NCBI GenBank assembly: GCA_965198715.1
Contig: CBDAPV010000002.1
Span: 388,807-452,806, forward strand
Reading direction: 5' to 3'
DNA from: Beijerinckiaceae bacterium
Lineage (GTDB): Bacteria; Pseudomonadota; Alphaproteobacteria; Rhizobiales; Beijerinckiaceae
DNA length: 64,000 nt
Positions 15,271 through 25,347 of the stretch are shown piece after piece. The stretch's first letter is position 1, and every line of letters begins with the position of its first letter. Below the pieces are notes generated by a model. It made no database searches, was not told the DNA's origin, and saw only the letters and a program-made list of their open reading frames with translations. The translations under genes and the position numbers were made by a program.

Positions 15271-16485
15271 ATGACGTCGATGAGGGATTGGCCGAGGCTC
15301 GCGTCGAGATCCGCGCAGCGTGCCGCCGCGATCGCGATGATCGCAGGTGCGCTTTCGGGCTGCGTGACGGACAAGGTCAACGAGGTGACATCCTCGGTTG
15401 GCGACGTCTTCGCCAAGGCCGACCCGATCGCCGCCCGCCGCGTTCCGCTCTTCGTCGTCTCGACGCGCCGCGGCAGGGGCGGCAACGCCGACGAGCTCGC
15501 CGACGGCGCCCACGAATCCTTGCAGACCGTCACCGTGCCGGCGAGCCACGTCGCCGGCGAGGTCGAGCGGCCGCGCTGGGGCAGCGCCGACCCCGAGAGC
15601 CATTTCACCGTCTCCGCCGTGCGCTCTCTCGACGACGCCGAGTTCAAGGCCGAGCTGGCCTCCCACCTTTCCGGGCGCATCGGCTCCAACCGCGACGTGC
15701 TGCTCTACGTCCACGGCTTCAACACGAGCTACGACGAGGCGCGTTTCCGCCTCGCGCAGGTGGTGACGGACGGCCGCTTCGGCGGCGTGCCGGTGCTGTT
15801 CACCTGGCCGGCCTCGGGCAGCCTGTTCCAGTACGAGGCCGCCAAGGAGAGCGCCTCGGCCTCGCGCGACGCGCTGGCGCAACTGCTGCTCGACCTCGGC
15901 GCCACACCCGACGTCGGCAAGGTCCACATCCTAGCCCATTCCATGGGCACCTGGCTGACGATGGAGGCGCTGCGGCAGGACGCCATCGCCGGCAAGCCCG
16001 ATCTCGACGGCAAGCTCGGCGACGTGATGCTGGCGGCGCCCGACATCGACGTCGGCGTCTTCCGCAACCAGATCGCCAAGCTCGACCCGCGCCACATCTC
16101 GGTCCTGGTGTCGGTCAACGACAAGGCGCTGACCCTGTCGCGGCGGCTCGCCGGCGACCGTCCCCGCGTCGGCGCGCTGAACCCGAAGGACCCGGCCGAC
16201 AAGGTGGTGCTCGACGAGCTCGGCGTGCAGGTCTACGACCTCGCCGGAAACGAGACGGGCTTCATCAACCACGGCACCTACGCCACCGCGCCCGATGTGG
16301 TACAGCGCATCGGCGCCACCATCGGCGCGCGCCGGGTGCAGGACGCCGACGTCACCGCCGTCCTCGGCGATCGCCCGGTGAGCGAGAAGGTGGTGTCGCG
16401 CCCGCTCGCCGCCGCGCCGCCGCCGATCGGGGCGCCGGTGGCTGTGCCCGCGGCGCCCGGCGCAGGGGTGCCGGCGGCGCATTGA
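15271..16485 (+). CDS. Alpha/beta hydrolase (DUF900 family) lipoprotein
   Basis: Start at MTSMRDW; lipobox ALSGC; motifs LYVHGFNTSYDEA and AHSMGTWL. Confidence 0.65.
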   Translation: MTSMRDWPRLASRSAQRAAAIAMIAGALSGCVTDKVNEVTSSVGDVFAKADPIAARRVPLFVVSTRRGRGGNADELADGAHESLQTVTVPASHVAGEVERPRWGSADPESHFTVSAVRSLDDAEFKAELASHLSGRIGSNRDVLLYVHGFNTSYDEARFRLAQVVTDGRFGGVPVLFTWPASGSLFQYEAAKESASASRDALAQLLLDLGATPDVGKVHILAHSMGTWLTMEALRQDAIAGKPDLDGKLGDVMLAAPDIDVGVFRNQIAKLDPRHISVLVSVNDKALTLSRRLAGDRPRVGALNPKDPADKVVLDELGVQVYDLAGNETGFINHGTYATAPDVVQRIGATIGARRVQDADVTAVLGDRPVSEKVVSRPLAAAPPPIGAPVAVPAAPGAGVPAAH

Positions 16486-16885
16486 GCCTGCGGGAGTGTC
16501 GATGTCGGTATGGAACGAGCGGATCAAGCTCTTTGCAACCTACCTCAACACGATGGCAGCCGCATCCTTCGTCAACCGGTTTCGTTGCTCCTTTGATCTC
16601 GCTGGCGACCGCTCACACATCGCCCCTGTTCCCAATCGCCACCATCGCGCTTATCTTCGTTCCCCTGTCAGTCGCTCTCCACCTCGCTGCGCAGGTGGTT
16701 CTCGGTAGGTTGAAGCCATGACGCTGCAGCTGTTCACTCTCGTCGTCATGCCTCTTCTGGGTTTGGCGATTGCCACCATCGGCTACTTTACAATCGTCCT
16801 GACCGTGCCGGCGCAGCCGCATCCTGTCGAGGCAGAAGCGCCGCGGGATCATCGCTTGAAGCGCTGACACGCGGATTTCCAGCGC

Positions 16886-18673
16886 TCACACCGGCGCCGC
16901 GTCGACCAGTCTGAGGCGCACGCGCTCGCGGCCGCCGTAGCGGTCGCGCGTCAGCGTGCCGGCGAGATGGAAGCGCTCGCCGCGGCCGGCCAGCAGCGCC
17001 CGGCCGAGCGGCTCGGTGGCGGTGCGGAAGGCGATGCCGTCGAGGGTGGCGCCGTCGCCGGCCTGCACCCGCAACCGCACGTGGCCGGTGCCGACCTCGG
17101 CGACGTCGACCAGCCGGTGCGCGGGCAGGGCGAAGACCGGCTCCGGGCTGCCCGAGCCGAATGGGCCGGCGCGATCCAGGTCGGCGAGCAACGCCGGCGT
17201 GGCGCCGGCGGCGGTCACCGTGGCGTCGACGTCGAGCGCCTCGGAGGCGCGGGCTTCGCGCGCCGCGACGGCGAGGTCGGCCTCGACGAAGGCGCGGAAC
17301 GCGGCGAGGCCGCCCGGCCCGAGCGTCACGCCCGCCGCCATGGCGTGGCCGCCGCCCTTGACCAGCACGCCCGCCTCCACCGCCGCGCGCACCGAGCGTC
17401 CGAGGTCGACGCCGGGCATCGAGCGGCCGGAGCCGGTGCCGCCGCCGTCCGCGCCCAGGGCGACGGCGAAGGCCGGCCGCCCGAATTTCTCGCGCAGGCG
17501 CCCGGCGACGATGCCGACGATGCCGGCGTGCCAGTCGGTCCCGCCCACGGCGATGATCGCCGCGCCCTCGTCGTGAAGCCCGACCTGGGCCAGCGCCTCG
17601 GCCTCGGCCACCGCCAGCGTCGCCTGCTCCATGGCCTGGCGCTCGCGGTTGAGACGGTCGAGCTGCGCGGCGATGGCGGCGGCCTCGTCGTCGTCGGTCA
17701 AGGTGAGCAGGCGGGCGCCGAGCGCGGCGTCGCCGATGCGGCCCCCGGCGTTGATGCGCGGGCCGACGAGGTAGCCGAGGTGATAGGTCGTGGCCGGGCC
17801 ATCGGCGCCGGCGACGTCGAAGAGCGCGACGAGGCCGGGTCGCCCGCGGGCGCGCATGACCGCGAGACCCTTCTTGACGAAGGCGCGGTTGAGCCCGATG
17901 AGCGGGGCCACGTCGGCCACCGTCGCCAGCGCCACGAGGTCGAGCGCGCGCAGCAGGTCGGGCTCGGCCCGTTGCGCGCCGAAGAAGCCGCGTCGCCGCA
18001 GCACGCGCTGCAGCGCGACCAGCGCCATGAAGACGACACCCGCGGCGCAGAGCTGGCCTAGGCCGGAGAGGTCGTCGAGCCGGTTGGGGTTCACCACCAG
18101 GGCGGGGGGCAGGACCTCGGGCGCCTGGTGATGGTCGAGGATGATGGGCGCGAGGCCGAGCGCGGCCGCCTCCGTGATGGCGGCGTGGCTCGTCGTGCCG
18201 CAATCGACGGAAACGAGCAGGCCGGCGCCGCCGGCGGCGAGCATGCGCACCGCCTCGACGTTGGGGCCGTAGCCCTCGAAGAGGCGGTCGGGTATGTGGA
18301 TGACATGCGGCGTGCCGCAGGCGGCGAGATAGTCGGCGAGCAGCGCCGACGAGGCGGCGCCGTCGACGTCGTAGTCGCCGAAGATCGCGATCCTGGTGCC
18401 GGCGCCGACCGCATCGGCCAGGCGCTCCACCGCCGCGTCCATGTCGGAGAGGCTGGAGGGGTCTGGCATCAAGTCGCGCACGGCGGGGTCGAGGTAGGCC
18501 GGGGTGGCGTCGGGTGCGACGCCGCGCGCGGCGAGTATGCGCGAGAGCACGTCGCCGTGGCCGCCGAGTTGCGCAATCGCGAGCGCCTGGGACTCGCCGT
18601 GCGGGTCAAGGCGAGTGCGCCAGGCACGGCCGCAGAGCGAACGTTCGACGTCGAGGAGCGGGCGGGAGGTCAT
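16886..18673 (-). CDS. recJ: Single-stranded-DNA-specific exonuclease RecJ
   Basis: 595 aa; DHH phosphoesterase motifs (IFGDYDVDGA, VSVDCGTTS, LDHHQ) and DHHA1 domain. Confidence 0.9.
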   Translation of the reverse strand: MTSRPLLDVERSLCGRAWRTRLDPHGESQALAIAQLGGHGDVLSRILAARGVAPDATPAYLDPAVRDLMPDPSSLSDMDAAVERLADAVGAGTRIAIFGDYDVDGAASSALLADYLAACGTPHVIHIPDRLFEGYGPNVEAVRMLAAGGAGLLVSVDCGTTSHAAITEAAALGLAPIILDHHQAPEVLPPALVVNPNRLDDLSGLGQLCAAGVVFMALVALQRVLRRRGFFGAQRAEPDLLRALDLVALATVADVAPLIGLNRAFVKKGLAVMRARGRPGLVALFDVAGADGPATTYHLGYLVGPRINAGGRIGDAALGARLLTLTDDDEAAAIAAQLDRLNRERQAMEQATLAVAEAEALAQVGLHDEGAAIIAVGGTDWHAGIVGIVAGRLREKFGRPAFAVALGADGGGTGSGRSMPGVDLGRSVRAAVEAGVLVKGGGHAMAAGVTLGPGGLAAFRAFVEADLAVAAREARASEALDVDATVTAAGATPALLADLDRAGPFGSGSPEPVFALPAHRLVDVAEVGTGHVRLRVQAGDGATLDGIAFRTATEPLGRALLAGRGERFHLAGTLTRDRYGGRERVRLRLVDAAPV

Positions 18674-18683
18674 GAGGCGCAGA

Positions 18684-18983
18684 TTAGTCGGTGCGACCCG
18701 AGGGCATGGACCTGGGATCGCGAGCCGAATGCCTGATGGCGTGGACCGTCACGTGGTCCTCATCCACCGTGTAGAAGACGAGATAGGGGTAGGGCGTCGC
18801 GATCATGGACCGCATGGGCTGTCGCCGGGTCATGCGGCCTGCTTCAGGAAAACGGCTTGCGTGTTCGGCGACTTCCTGAAGGCGAGACGCGACCTTCGCG
18901 AGACCACCCGGCGAACGACTCGCGAGGTAACCCAGAACCTCATCGAGATCTCGGCTGGCAGGTAATGTGTAGCGAAGCTTCAC
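18684..18983 (-). CDS. parE: Type II toxin-antitoxin system RelE/ParE family toxin
   Basis: 99-aa ParE-like sequence; 4-bp overlap with the upstream small gene. Confidence 0.7.
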   Translation of the reverse strand: MKLRYTLPASRDLDEVLGYLASRSPGGLAKVASRLQEVAEHASRFPEAGRMTRRQPMRSMIATPYPYLVFYTVDEDHVTVHAIRHSARDPRSMPSGRTD

Positions 18984-19243
18984 AGACCATGCTTCGCCCA
19001 GATCGCGCGGATCTCGTCATCGGTCGCGAACTCGCCGCGCGCGGCAGCGGCTTCGGACACGTCGAGCGCGGCGTGCTCCTCGGGCGTGAGGTCGAGCGGC
19101 TCGTCGAAGGCGAGGTCGAGCATCAGACGCGCGACGTCGTCCTGCCTCTCTTCCGAAAGATGCCGCGTCGCCTCGATCGCGTGGTCGAGCAGCTTTGTCA
19201 TGGTCCACCGTCGGCCGGGAGTGCTGCGCAACCCTAGACGCAT
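18980..19243 (-). CDS. Putative antitoxin (ParD/COG3609-like) of the ParE module; the start may be the internal Met at about 19201
   Basis: Small acidic protein ending GEFATDDEIRAIWAKHGL, resembling the C-terminus of ParD/COG3609 antitoxins; its stop overlaps the toxin start. Confidence 0.5.
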   Translation of the reverse strand: MRLGLRSTPGRRWTMTKLLDHAIEATRHLSEERQDDVARLMLDLAFDEPLDLTPEEHAALDVSEAAAARGEFATDDEIRAIWAKHGL

Positions 19244-19285
19244 GGAGGCGCTTTGAAAATGGTGGGCCGACGACGACAGATCGGC

Positions 19286-20478
19286 TCAGTGCGCCCCGAT
19301 GCCGACGAGCTGGCCCAAATCCTTGAAGAAGATACGGACCTGTGCCGCCGGCTTCTTCCGGGTCAGCTCCTTGTTCATGTAGGACTGCCAGGTCAGCTCC
19401 TGCACGTCCTTGTCCTTGCAGATCTTGACGAACTTCTCGCGGCGCTTGTCGGAGCAGTACCAGAAGTACTGCATGATCCCGAGCACCAGGAAGACCTTGC
19501 CGTGGGCCTTGAGGAAGCGCTTGCGGGCCAAGGCCAGCGCCTTGCCGCGGGCCTTGTCCGTGGTGGCGACGAGCGCGCCTTCCACTGCCTCGACGGCGAA
19601 GCGGGCGCAGGCCATGGCGTAGTAGATGCCCTCGCCCGAGGAGGGCGCGACCACGCCGGCGGCGTCGCCGATGACCAGCACGTCGCGGCCGTTGTCCCAT
19701 TTCTTCAATGGCTTCAGCGGCAGCGGCGCGCCCTCCTTGCGGATGGTCTTGAGCTCGGCAAGGCCGGTGCGCTGGCGCAGGTCGGCGATGGCGTTCTTGA
19801 GGCTGAAGCCCTTCACCGCCGAGCCGTTGCCGATGCTCATCGCCTTTCCGTGCGGGAACACCCAGGAATAGAAGTCCGGCGACATCGAGCCGTCGTAGTA
19901 GATGTCGCAGCGCGTCGGGTCGTAGCTCGCGCTGGCCTGCTCGGGCGCCTCGACGATCTCGTGGTAGGCGAAGACGAATTTGCCGGTCTTGAAGTCCTTG
20001 ATGCTGTCGCGACCGACGCCCGAGTTGGCGCCGTCGGCGCCGACCACGGAGCGGGCGCGCATCGTGTGGGTGCCATCCCCGGCGAGGTAGTTGACCACCG
20101 CCATGCCGTCGTCGTCGCGGGTGATCTTGGTGAAGCTGCCGGTGCGGCGCTCGGCGCCGGCCTCGGCCGCGCGGGCGCGCAAAAACTCGTCGAAGTGCTC
20201 GCGGTCGACGATGCCGACGTAGCCGCCGACGGAGATCGGCATGTCCACCGCGATGCCCTTGGGCGAGATCATGCGGGCGGACGAGATCTTGGCGCAGAGC
20301 TGGTCTTCGGGGATGGCGAAGTCGCGCACCAGGCGCGGCGGGATGGCGCCGCCGCAGGGCTTGATGCGGCCAGCGCGGTCGAGCAGCGCCACGCTGTGGC
20401 CGCGCCGCGCCATGTCCTCGGCCATCGTTGCGCCGGCCGGGCCGCCGCCGACCACCACTACGTCGTATGTCTGCGCCA
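19286..20478 (-). CDS. bchP: Geranylgeranyl diphosphate/bacteriochlorophyll reductase BchP (ChlP)
   Basis: Start MAQTYDVVVVGGGPAGATMAED (FAD Rossmann fold); strong overall ChlP/BchP similarity. The track ORF is artificially extended upstream through bchG. Confidence 0.85.
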
Positions 20479-20481
20479 TGA

Positions 20482-21516
20482 TCAGACCCCCACGAGGAAC
20501 CGCACGGCGAAGGCGCTCGCCAGCATGCCGAAGACGAACAGGGGCACGCCCACCCCCGAGTACCAGAGCGCCCGCTTGATCGGCGCGGCGAGGAAACGCT
20601 GCATCATGATGGCCTGGCCACCCAGCAGTGAGACGATGAAGCCGGCGTGGAGCGGGCGGCCCCAGGCCAGCAGCAGCGCGATCACGACGACCTGCGGCAG
20701 CGCCATCGTCAGGCAAGCCACGCGCGCCGCGCCGTCTGCGCCGAGCTGCACCGGCAGCGAGCGCACGCCCATGATGCGGTCGCCCTCGATTGCCTTGAAG
20801 TCGTTCAGCGTCATGATGCCGTGCGCGCCGAGGCTGTAGAGCCCGGCCAGCACGAGCGAGGGCCAGGCCGGCAGCCCGCCGCCGACCATCACGGCCGCGC
20901 CGGTGACCCAGGCGAGCCCCTCGTAGCAGAGGCCGCAGGCGGCGTTGCCCCACCAGCCGTTCTCCTTCAGCCGGAACGGCGGCGCGCTGTAGGCCCAGGC
21001 CAGCGCCAGGCCGACGATCGCGGCGACGAAGACCCAGGGACCGAGTGCCGCAGCGACGGCGAGCGACACCAGCGTCCAGGCGCACGCGATGGCGAGACCC
21101 CAGCGGCGGGGGATGCGGCCGGAGGGAATCGGGCGGTTGGGCTCGTTGATGGCGTCGACGTGGCGGTCGAACCAGTCGTTGACCGCCTGGCTGGTGGCGC
21201 AGACCAGCGGGCCGGCGAGCAGGATGCCCACGAGGGCCACGGTCCAATGCCCGGCAAGCGGGCGGCCCGAGGAGACCAGGCCGCAGCCGAAGGCCCACAT
21301 CGGCGGGAACCAGGTGATCGGCTTGAACAGCTCGAGGACGGCAGAGGGGGCGGGATATTGGTGAGCTTCAACACCCTCATGGTGGGGAGCGCGTAGCGCG
21401 TCTCGAACCAGGAGGGCTCCAGGAGGCGAGCTGGCCGGGACCGCCTCGTGGTTCGAGACGGCCTTCGGCCTTCTCACCATGAGGCTACTGGCAGGTTTGG
21501 CCAGCGCGCCGCTCAT
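20482..21516 (-). CDS. bchG: Bacteriochlorophyll synthase BchG (UbiA prenyltransferase family)
   Basis: Conserved ELFKPITWFPPMWAFGCG and NDWFDRHVDAINEPNRPIPSGRI motifs. The start MSGALAKP overlaps the bchH stop as ATGA. Confidence 0.85.
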   Translation of the reverse strand: MSGALAKPASSLMVRRPKAVSNHEAVPASSPPGALLVRDALRAPHHEGVEAHQYPAPSAVLELFKPITWFPPMWAFGCGLVSSGRPLAGHWTVALVGILLAGPLVCATSQAVNDWFDRHVDAINEPNRPIPSGRIPRRWGLAIACAWTLVSLAVAAALGPWVFVAAIVGLALAWAYSAPPFRLKENGWWGNAACGLCYEGLAWVTGAAVMVGGGLPAWPSLVLAGLYSLGAHGIMTLNDFKAIEGDRIMGVRSLPVQLGADGAARVACLTMALPQVVVIALLLAWGRPLHAGFIVSLLGGQAIMMQRFLAAPIKRALWYSGVGVPLFVFGMLASAFAVRFLVGV

Positions 21517-24500
21517 TCCGCCGCCACCAGCATGCGCGGCTCGGGTGCGCCCACGCCCTCCAGCCGATCCTCGAGGTCGTCGCCGGCCTGCTGGAGGGCG
21601 GCCAGCGTCTCGGCGTCCGGCGACCAGTAGTTGCGGGCGTGGGCCTCCATCAGCCGGTCGGCGACCTTGGCCGCCGCCGTCGGGTTCAGGCTGGCGAGGC
21701 GCTCGCGCATGATGGGGTCGAGCAGGAACGTCTCGGTGATCTTCTGGTAGACCCAGGGGGCGACGTCGCCGGTGGTCGCCGACCAGCCCATCGTGTTGGT
21801 GACGTGGGTCTCGATCTGGCGCACGCCCTCGTAGCCGTGCTTCAGCATGCCCTCGTACCATTTCGGGTTGAGGATGCGGGTGCGCGTCTCCAGCGAGACC
21901 TGCTCGGTCAACGTGCGCACCGTGCCTTCGCCGCGGGTCTGGTCGCCGATATAGACCGGTGCGGCGGTGCCGCCCTTGGCGCGGCGCACGGCGCGGCTGA
22001 TGCCGCCTAGCGTGTCGAAGTAATTGTCGACCGAGGTGACGCCCAGCTCGACGCTGTCGAGGTTTTGGTAGGCCAGCTCGACGTTGGCGAGCACGCTTTG
22101 CAGCAGAGCCGGCTGCGCCATCGGCTGGCCGGCGCGGCCGTAGGCGAAGCCCTTGCGGCGCGAGTAGGTCTCGGCCAGCTCGTCCTCGTCCTGCCAGCCA
22201 CCGTTCTCGAGCAGGTAGTTGACGTTGGAGCCGTAGGCGCCGTCGGCGTTGCCGAACACCCGCAGCGCCGCCGTTTCGAAGTCGCCGCCGTGCTCGGCCT
22301 GGTAGGCCAGCGCGTGCTTGCGGATGAAGTTCTGCTCGGCCGGCTCGTCGGCGCTCGCGGCGAGGAAGGCGGCCTCGGCCAGCAGTTTGATCTGCAGCGG
22401 CAGCAGGTCACGGAAGATGCCGGACATCGTGACGATCACGTCGATGCGCGGCCGACCCAGCTCCTCCAATGGGATCAGCGAGGCGCCGGCGAGTCGGCCG
22501 TAGCCGTCGAAGCGCGGCCTGGTACCGAGCAGCGCCAGCACCTGGGCGATCGGCGCGCCCTCGGTCTTGAGGTTGTCGGTGCCCCACAGCACCAGCGCGA
22601 CGGTCTCGGGCAGGTCGTTGCCGTCGTCCATGTGACGGGCCAGCAACTTGGCGGCCTGTTTGGCGCCGTCCTGGCAGGCGTAGGCGGAGGGCAGCTTGAA
22701 GGGATCGAAGCCGTGCAGGTTGCGGCCCGTCGGCAGGATCGCCGGGGTGCGCAGCAGATCGCCGCCGGGCGCCGGGCGGATGAAGCGGGCGTCGAGAGCC
22801 CGCAGCAGCGCCGGGATCTCGTGGTCTTCCGCGAGCATCGCGTCGATGCCCTTCAGCGTCGCGACCGCGGCGATCGTCGCGTCCGACGGCTTCAGGCCGT
22901 CGATGGCGATGGCCGCCTCGACCGTCCTGCCGGCGACGATGGCCTCGGCGACGGAATGCGGCAGCGCCATGCCGTGCATGGCGTCGGCGATCGCCACCAG
23001 CTGCTCGGCGCGCTCCTGCGTCGAGGGCGCGACGCCCACCGCGTGAAGGCCGTGCGGGATCAGCGTGTACTCGAGCTCGAGCACGTCGGCGGCGAGCTTG
23101 GCGATGCGCTCGTCGGTGTCGGCACCCCAGGCCGGCTCGGCGGCCGACAGCTCGACCGCGGCGGCCTGGGCCTGGATCATCAGCGCCATTTCGGCGCGCT
23201 GCGCGGCATCTTCCGGCGGCAAGCCGCGCCACTGCTCAATTCCGGCCTTGAGGTCGACGAGGCCGCGATAGAGGCCGGAATGGGCGACCGGCGGCGTCAG
23301 GTAGGAGATCAGCGTCGCCGCGGCGCGGCGCTTGGCGATGGCGCCTTCTGACGGGTTGTTGGAGGCGTAGAGATAGATGTTGGGCAGGTCGCCGATCAGG
23401 CGGTCCGGCCAGTCGCGGCCGGAGAGGCCGGCCTGCTTGCCGGGCATGAACTCGAGCGAGCCGTGAGTGCCAAAATGCAGCACGGCGTGGGCGGCGAAAT
23501 CCTCGCGCATCCAGCGGTAGAAGGCGGAGAAGGCGTGGGTCGGCGCGAAACCCTTCTCGAAGAGCAGCCGCATCGGATCGCCTTCGTAGCCCATGCTGGG
23601 CTGGATGCCGACGAAGACGTTGCCGAAGCGCGCGCCAAGCACGAACATGCCGCGGCCGTCGCTCTGCTGGCGGCCCGGCGCCGGGCCCCATTGCGCCTCG
23701 ATCTCGCGCAGGTGGCGTTCGCGCCGCACGTGGTCGTCGGCGGAAATGGTGAGGTGGACGTTGGCCATCGCGCCGTGGGTCGCGGCATTGCCGATCACGA
23801 TGCGCTCGCGCAGGTCGTCGACGTCGTGCGGCACCTCGACGGCGTACCCCTCGACCTTCATCGCCAGCAGCGTTCGGTAAAGCGATTCGAAGACGGAGAG
23901 ATAGGCGGCTGTGCCGGTGTTGCCGGCGTTGGGCGGGAAGTTGAAGAGCACGATGCCGACGCGGCGTTCGGCGCGGGTCGAGCGGCGCAGCGCGACGAGC
24001 TTGGCGACGCGCGCGGCGAGCATGTCGGCGCGCTCGGCGCACGAGTGCATCGAGCGCTCCTTCTCGTCGACGGCAAAGGTGCAGCCGCGCTCGCAGCCGG
24101 TGCAGGCCTCGCCGCTGCCGTTGGAGCGGCCGCCGAACACCGTCGGGCCGGTGGCGCCGTCGAGCTCGGGGATCGCCACCATGATGGTGGTTTCGACCGG
24201 CAGCAGGCCGCGGTCGGAGCCGCCCCATTGCTCCAGCGTCTGGAACTCGGCGGGATGGGCGGCGACGTAGGGCACGTCGAGCTTGGCGAGGATGTCCTCG
24301 GCGGCCTTGGCGTCGTTGTAGGCGGGGCCGCCGATCAGCGAGAAGCCGGTGAGCGACACCAGCGCGTCGATCGTGGTGCGACCGTCCCGAACGAAGTAGC
24401 GCTCGATCGCGGGGCGGGCGTCGAGGCCGGCGGAGAAGGCCGGCACGACGCGCAGGCCGCGTGCCTCGAGGCTGGCGATCACGCCGTCGTAATGCGCGGC

Positions 24501-25283
24501 ATTGCCCGCGAGCAGGTAGGAGCGCATCACCAGCAGGCCGACGGTGCCGGCGGCGCCGACCGCGGGAAGCGCTTCGGCGCTTTCGCCGACCCTGCCGGCC
24601 ATGCGGGGGTGGTAGACGCCAACGTCGGGGTACTCGATTGGAGGCTCGGCCTTGATCACGTCGCGCAGGTTGCGGCGCGGGCCGTCGGCGTAGCGCTGCA
24701 CCAGCAGGCGAACCATGTTGCCGAGGTTCTCACGGCTGCCGCCGAGCCAATATTGCAGCGTGAGGAAGTAGGCGCGCACGTCCTGCGCCGTGCCGGGGAT
24801 GAGCCGCAGGATGCGCGGCAGGCGCCGCAACATCGCCATCTGCTTCGAACCGCCGCCCTGGGCGCTGTTCTTCTTGGGTTTCAGCCGCTTCAGCAGGGCA
24901 AGCGCGCCGCCGCCCGAGCCGTCCATCTTGAAGCGGCCGATGCGGGTGAGGGAGACGACTTCCTTGGCAGAGAGCGCGCAGATCAGCGCGTCGCAATGGT
25001 CGCGGCGCGCCTTCAGCGCGTCCATGATCGGCAGGAAGTGGTCTTCCATGAAGAGCATGCCGCAGACGATGATGTCGGCGGTGGCGATATCTGCGCGGCA
25101 GCGCTGGAGGCGGCGCGGGTCGGCGGCCCATTCCGAGGCGGCGTGCAGGGTCAGCGTGAGCCCGGGCATCTCGCGCTTGAGCTCGACGGTCGCGCGTTCG
25201 AGCGCACCGGCGAAGTGCGTGTCCATCGCGATGATCGCGACGTTGATGGAGGTCGCGTTGAGGGCCGAAGAAGTCTGGAGCAT
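21513..25283 (-). CDS. bchH: Magnesium chelatase subunit H (BchH)
   Basis: 1256 aa. The N-terminal domain (VAIIAMDTHFAGALERA...ADIATADIIVCGMLF) matches the BchH-specific N-terminus, not CobN; the CobN/Mg-chelatase core follows. Confidence 0.85.
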   Translation of the reverse strand: MLQTSSALNATSINVAIIAMDTHFAGALERATVELKREMPGLTLTLHAASEWAADPRRLQRCRADIATADIIVCGMLFMEDHFLPIMDALKARRDHCDALICALSAKEVVSLTRIGRFKMDGSGGGALALLKRLKPKKNSAQGGGSKQMAMLRRLPRILRLIPGTAQDVRAYFLTLQYWLGGSRENLGNMVRLLVQRYADGPRRNLRDVIKAEPPIEYPDVGVYHPRMAGRVGESAEALPAVGAAGTVGLLVMRSYLLAGNAAHYDGVIASLEARGLRVVPAFSAGLDARPAIERYFVRDGRTTIDALVSLTGFSLIGGPAYNDAKAAEDILAKLDVPYVAAHPAEFQTLEQWGGSDRGLLPVETTIMVAIPELDGATGPTVFGGRSNGSGEACTGCERGCTFAVDEKERSMHSCAERADMLAARVAKLVALRRSTRAERRVGIVLFNFPPNAGNTGTAAYLSVFESLYRTLLAMKVEGYAVEVPHDVDDLRERIVIGNAATHGAMANVHLTISADDHVRRERHLREIEAQWGPAPGRQQSDGRGMFVLGARFGNVFVGIQPSMGYEGDPMRLLFEKGFAPTHAFSAFYRWMREDFAAHAVLHFGTHGSLEFMPGKQAGLSGRDWPDRLIGDLPNIYLYASNNPSEGAIAKRRAAATLISYLTPPVAHSGLYRGLVDLKAGIEQWRGLPPEDAAQRAEMALMIQAQAAAVELSAAEPAWGADTDERIAKLAADVLELEYTLIPHGLHAVGVAPSTQERAEQLVAIADAMHGMALPHSVAEAIVAGRTVEAAIAIDGLKPSDATIAAVATLKGIDAMLAEDHEIPALLRALDARFIRPAPGGDLLRTPAILPTGRNLHGFDPFKLPSAYACQDGAKQAAKLLARHMDDGNDLPETVALVLWGTDNLKTEGAPIAQVLALLGTRPRFDGYGRLAGASLIPLEELGRPRIDVIVTMSGIFRDLLPLQIKLLAEAAFLAASADEPAEQNFIRKHALAYQAEHGGDFETAALRVFGNADGAYGSNVNYLLENGGWQDEDELAETYSRRKGFAYGRAGQPMAQPALLQSVLANVELAYQNLDSVELGVTSVDNYFDTLGGISRAVRRAKGGTAAPVYIGDQTRGEGTVRTLTEQVSLETRTRILNPKWYEGMLKHGYEGVRQIETHVTNTMGWSATTGDVAPWVYQKITETFLLDPIMRERLASLNPTAAAKVADRLMEAHARNYWSPDAETLAALQQAGDDLEDRLEGVGAPEPRMLVAAE

Positions 25284-25347
25284 CGGCTGCGGCTCATTTC
25301 CCAGGCTTACCGAAAGCCAAGGAGACGCTACGCAACAGGAGGCGAAG

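Noticed and set aside
20482-21861. 459-aa version of the bchG ORF
   Set aside because: Its N-terminal 115 codons overlap the 3' end of bchH in another frame. The conserved BchG N-terminus begins at the internal Met (MSGALAKP, 21516), whose ATG overlaps the bchH stop.
21513-25283. Alternative call of the 1256-aa protein as cobaltochelatase CobN
   Set aside because: The N-terminal ~120 aa match the BchH/ChlH-specific N-terminal domain, and the gene is translationally coupled to bchG and followed by bchP.
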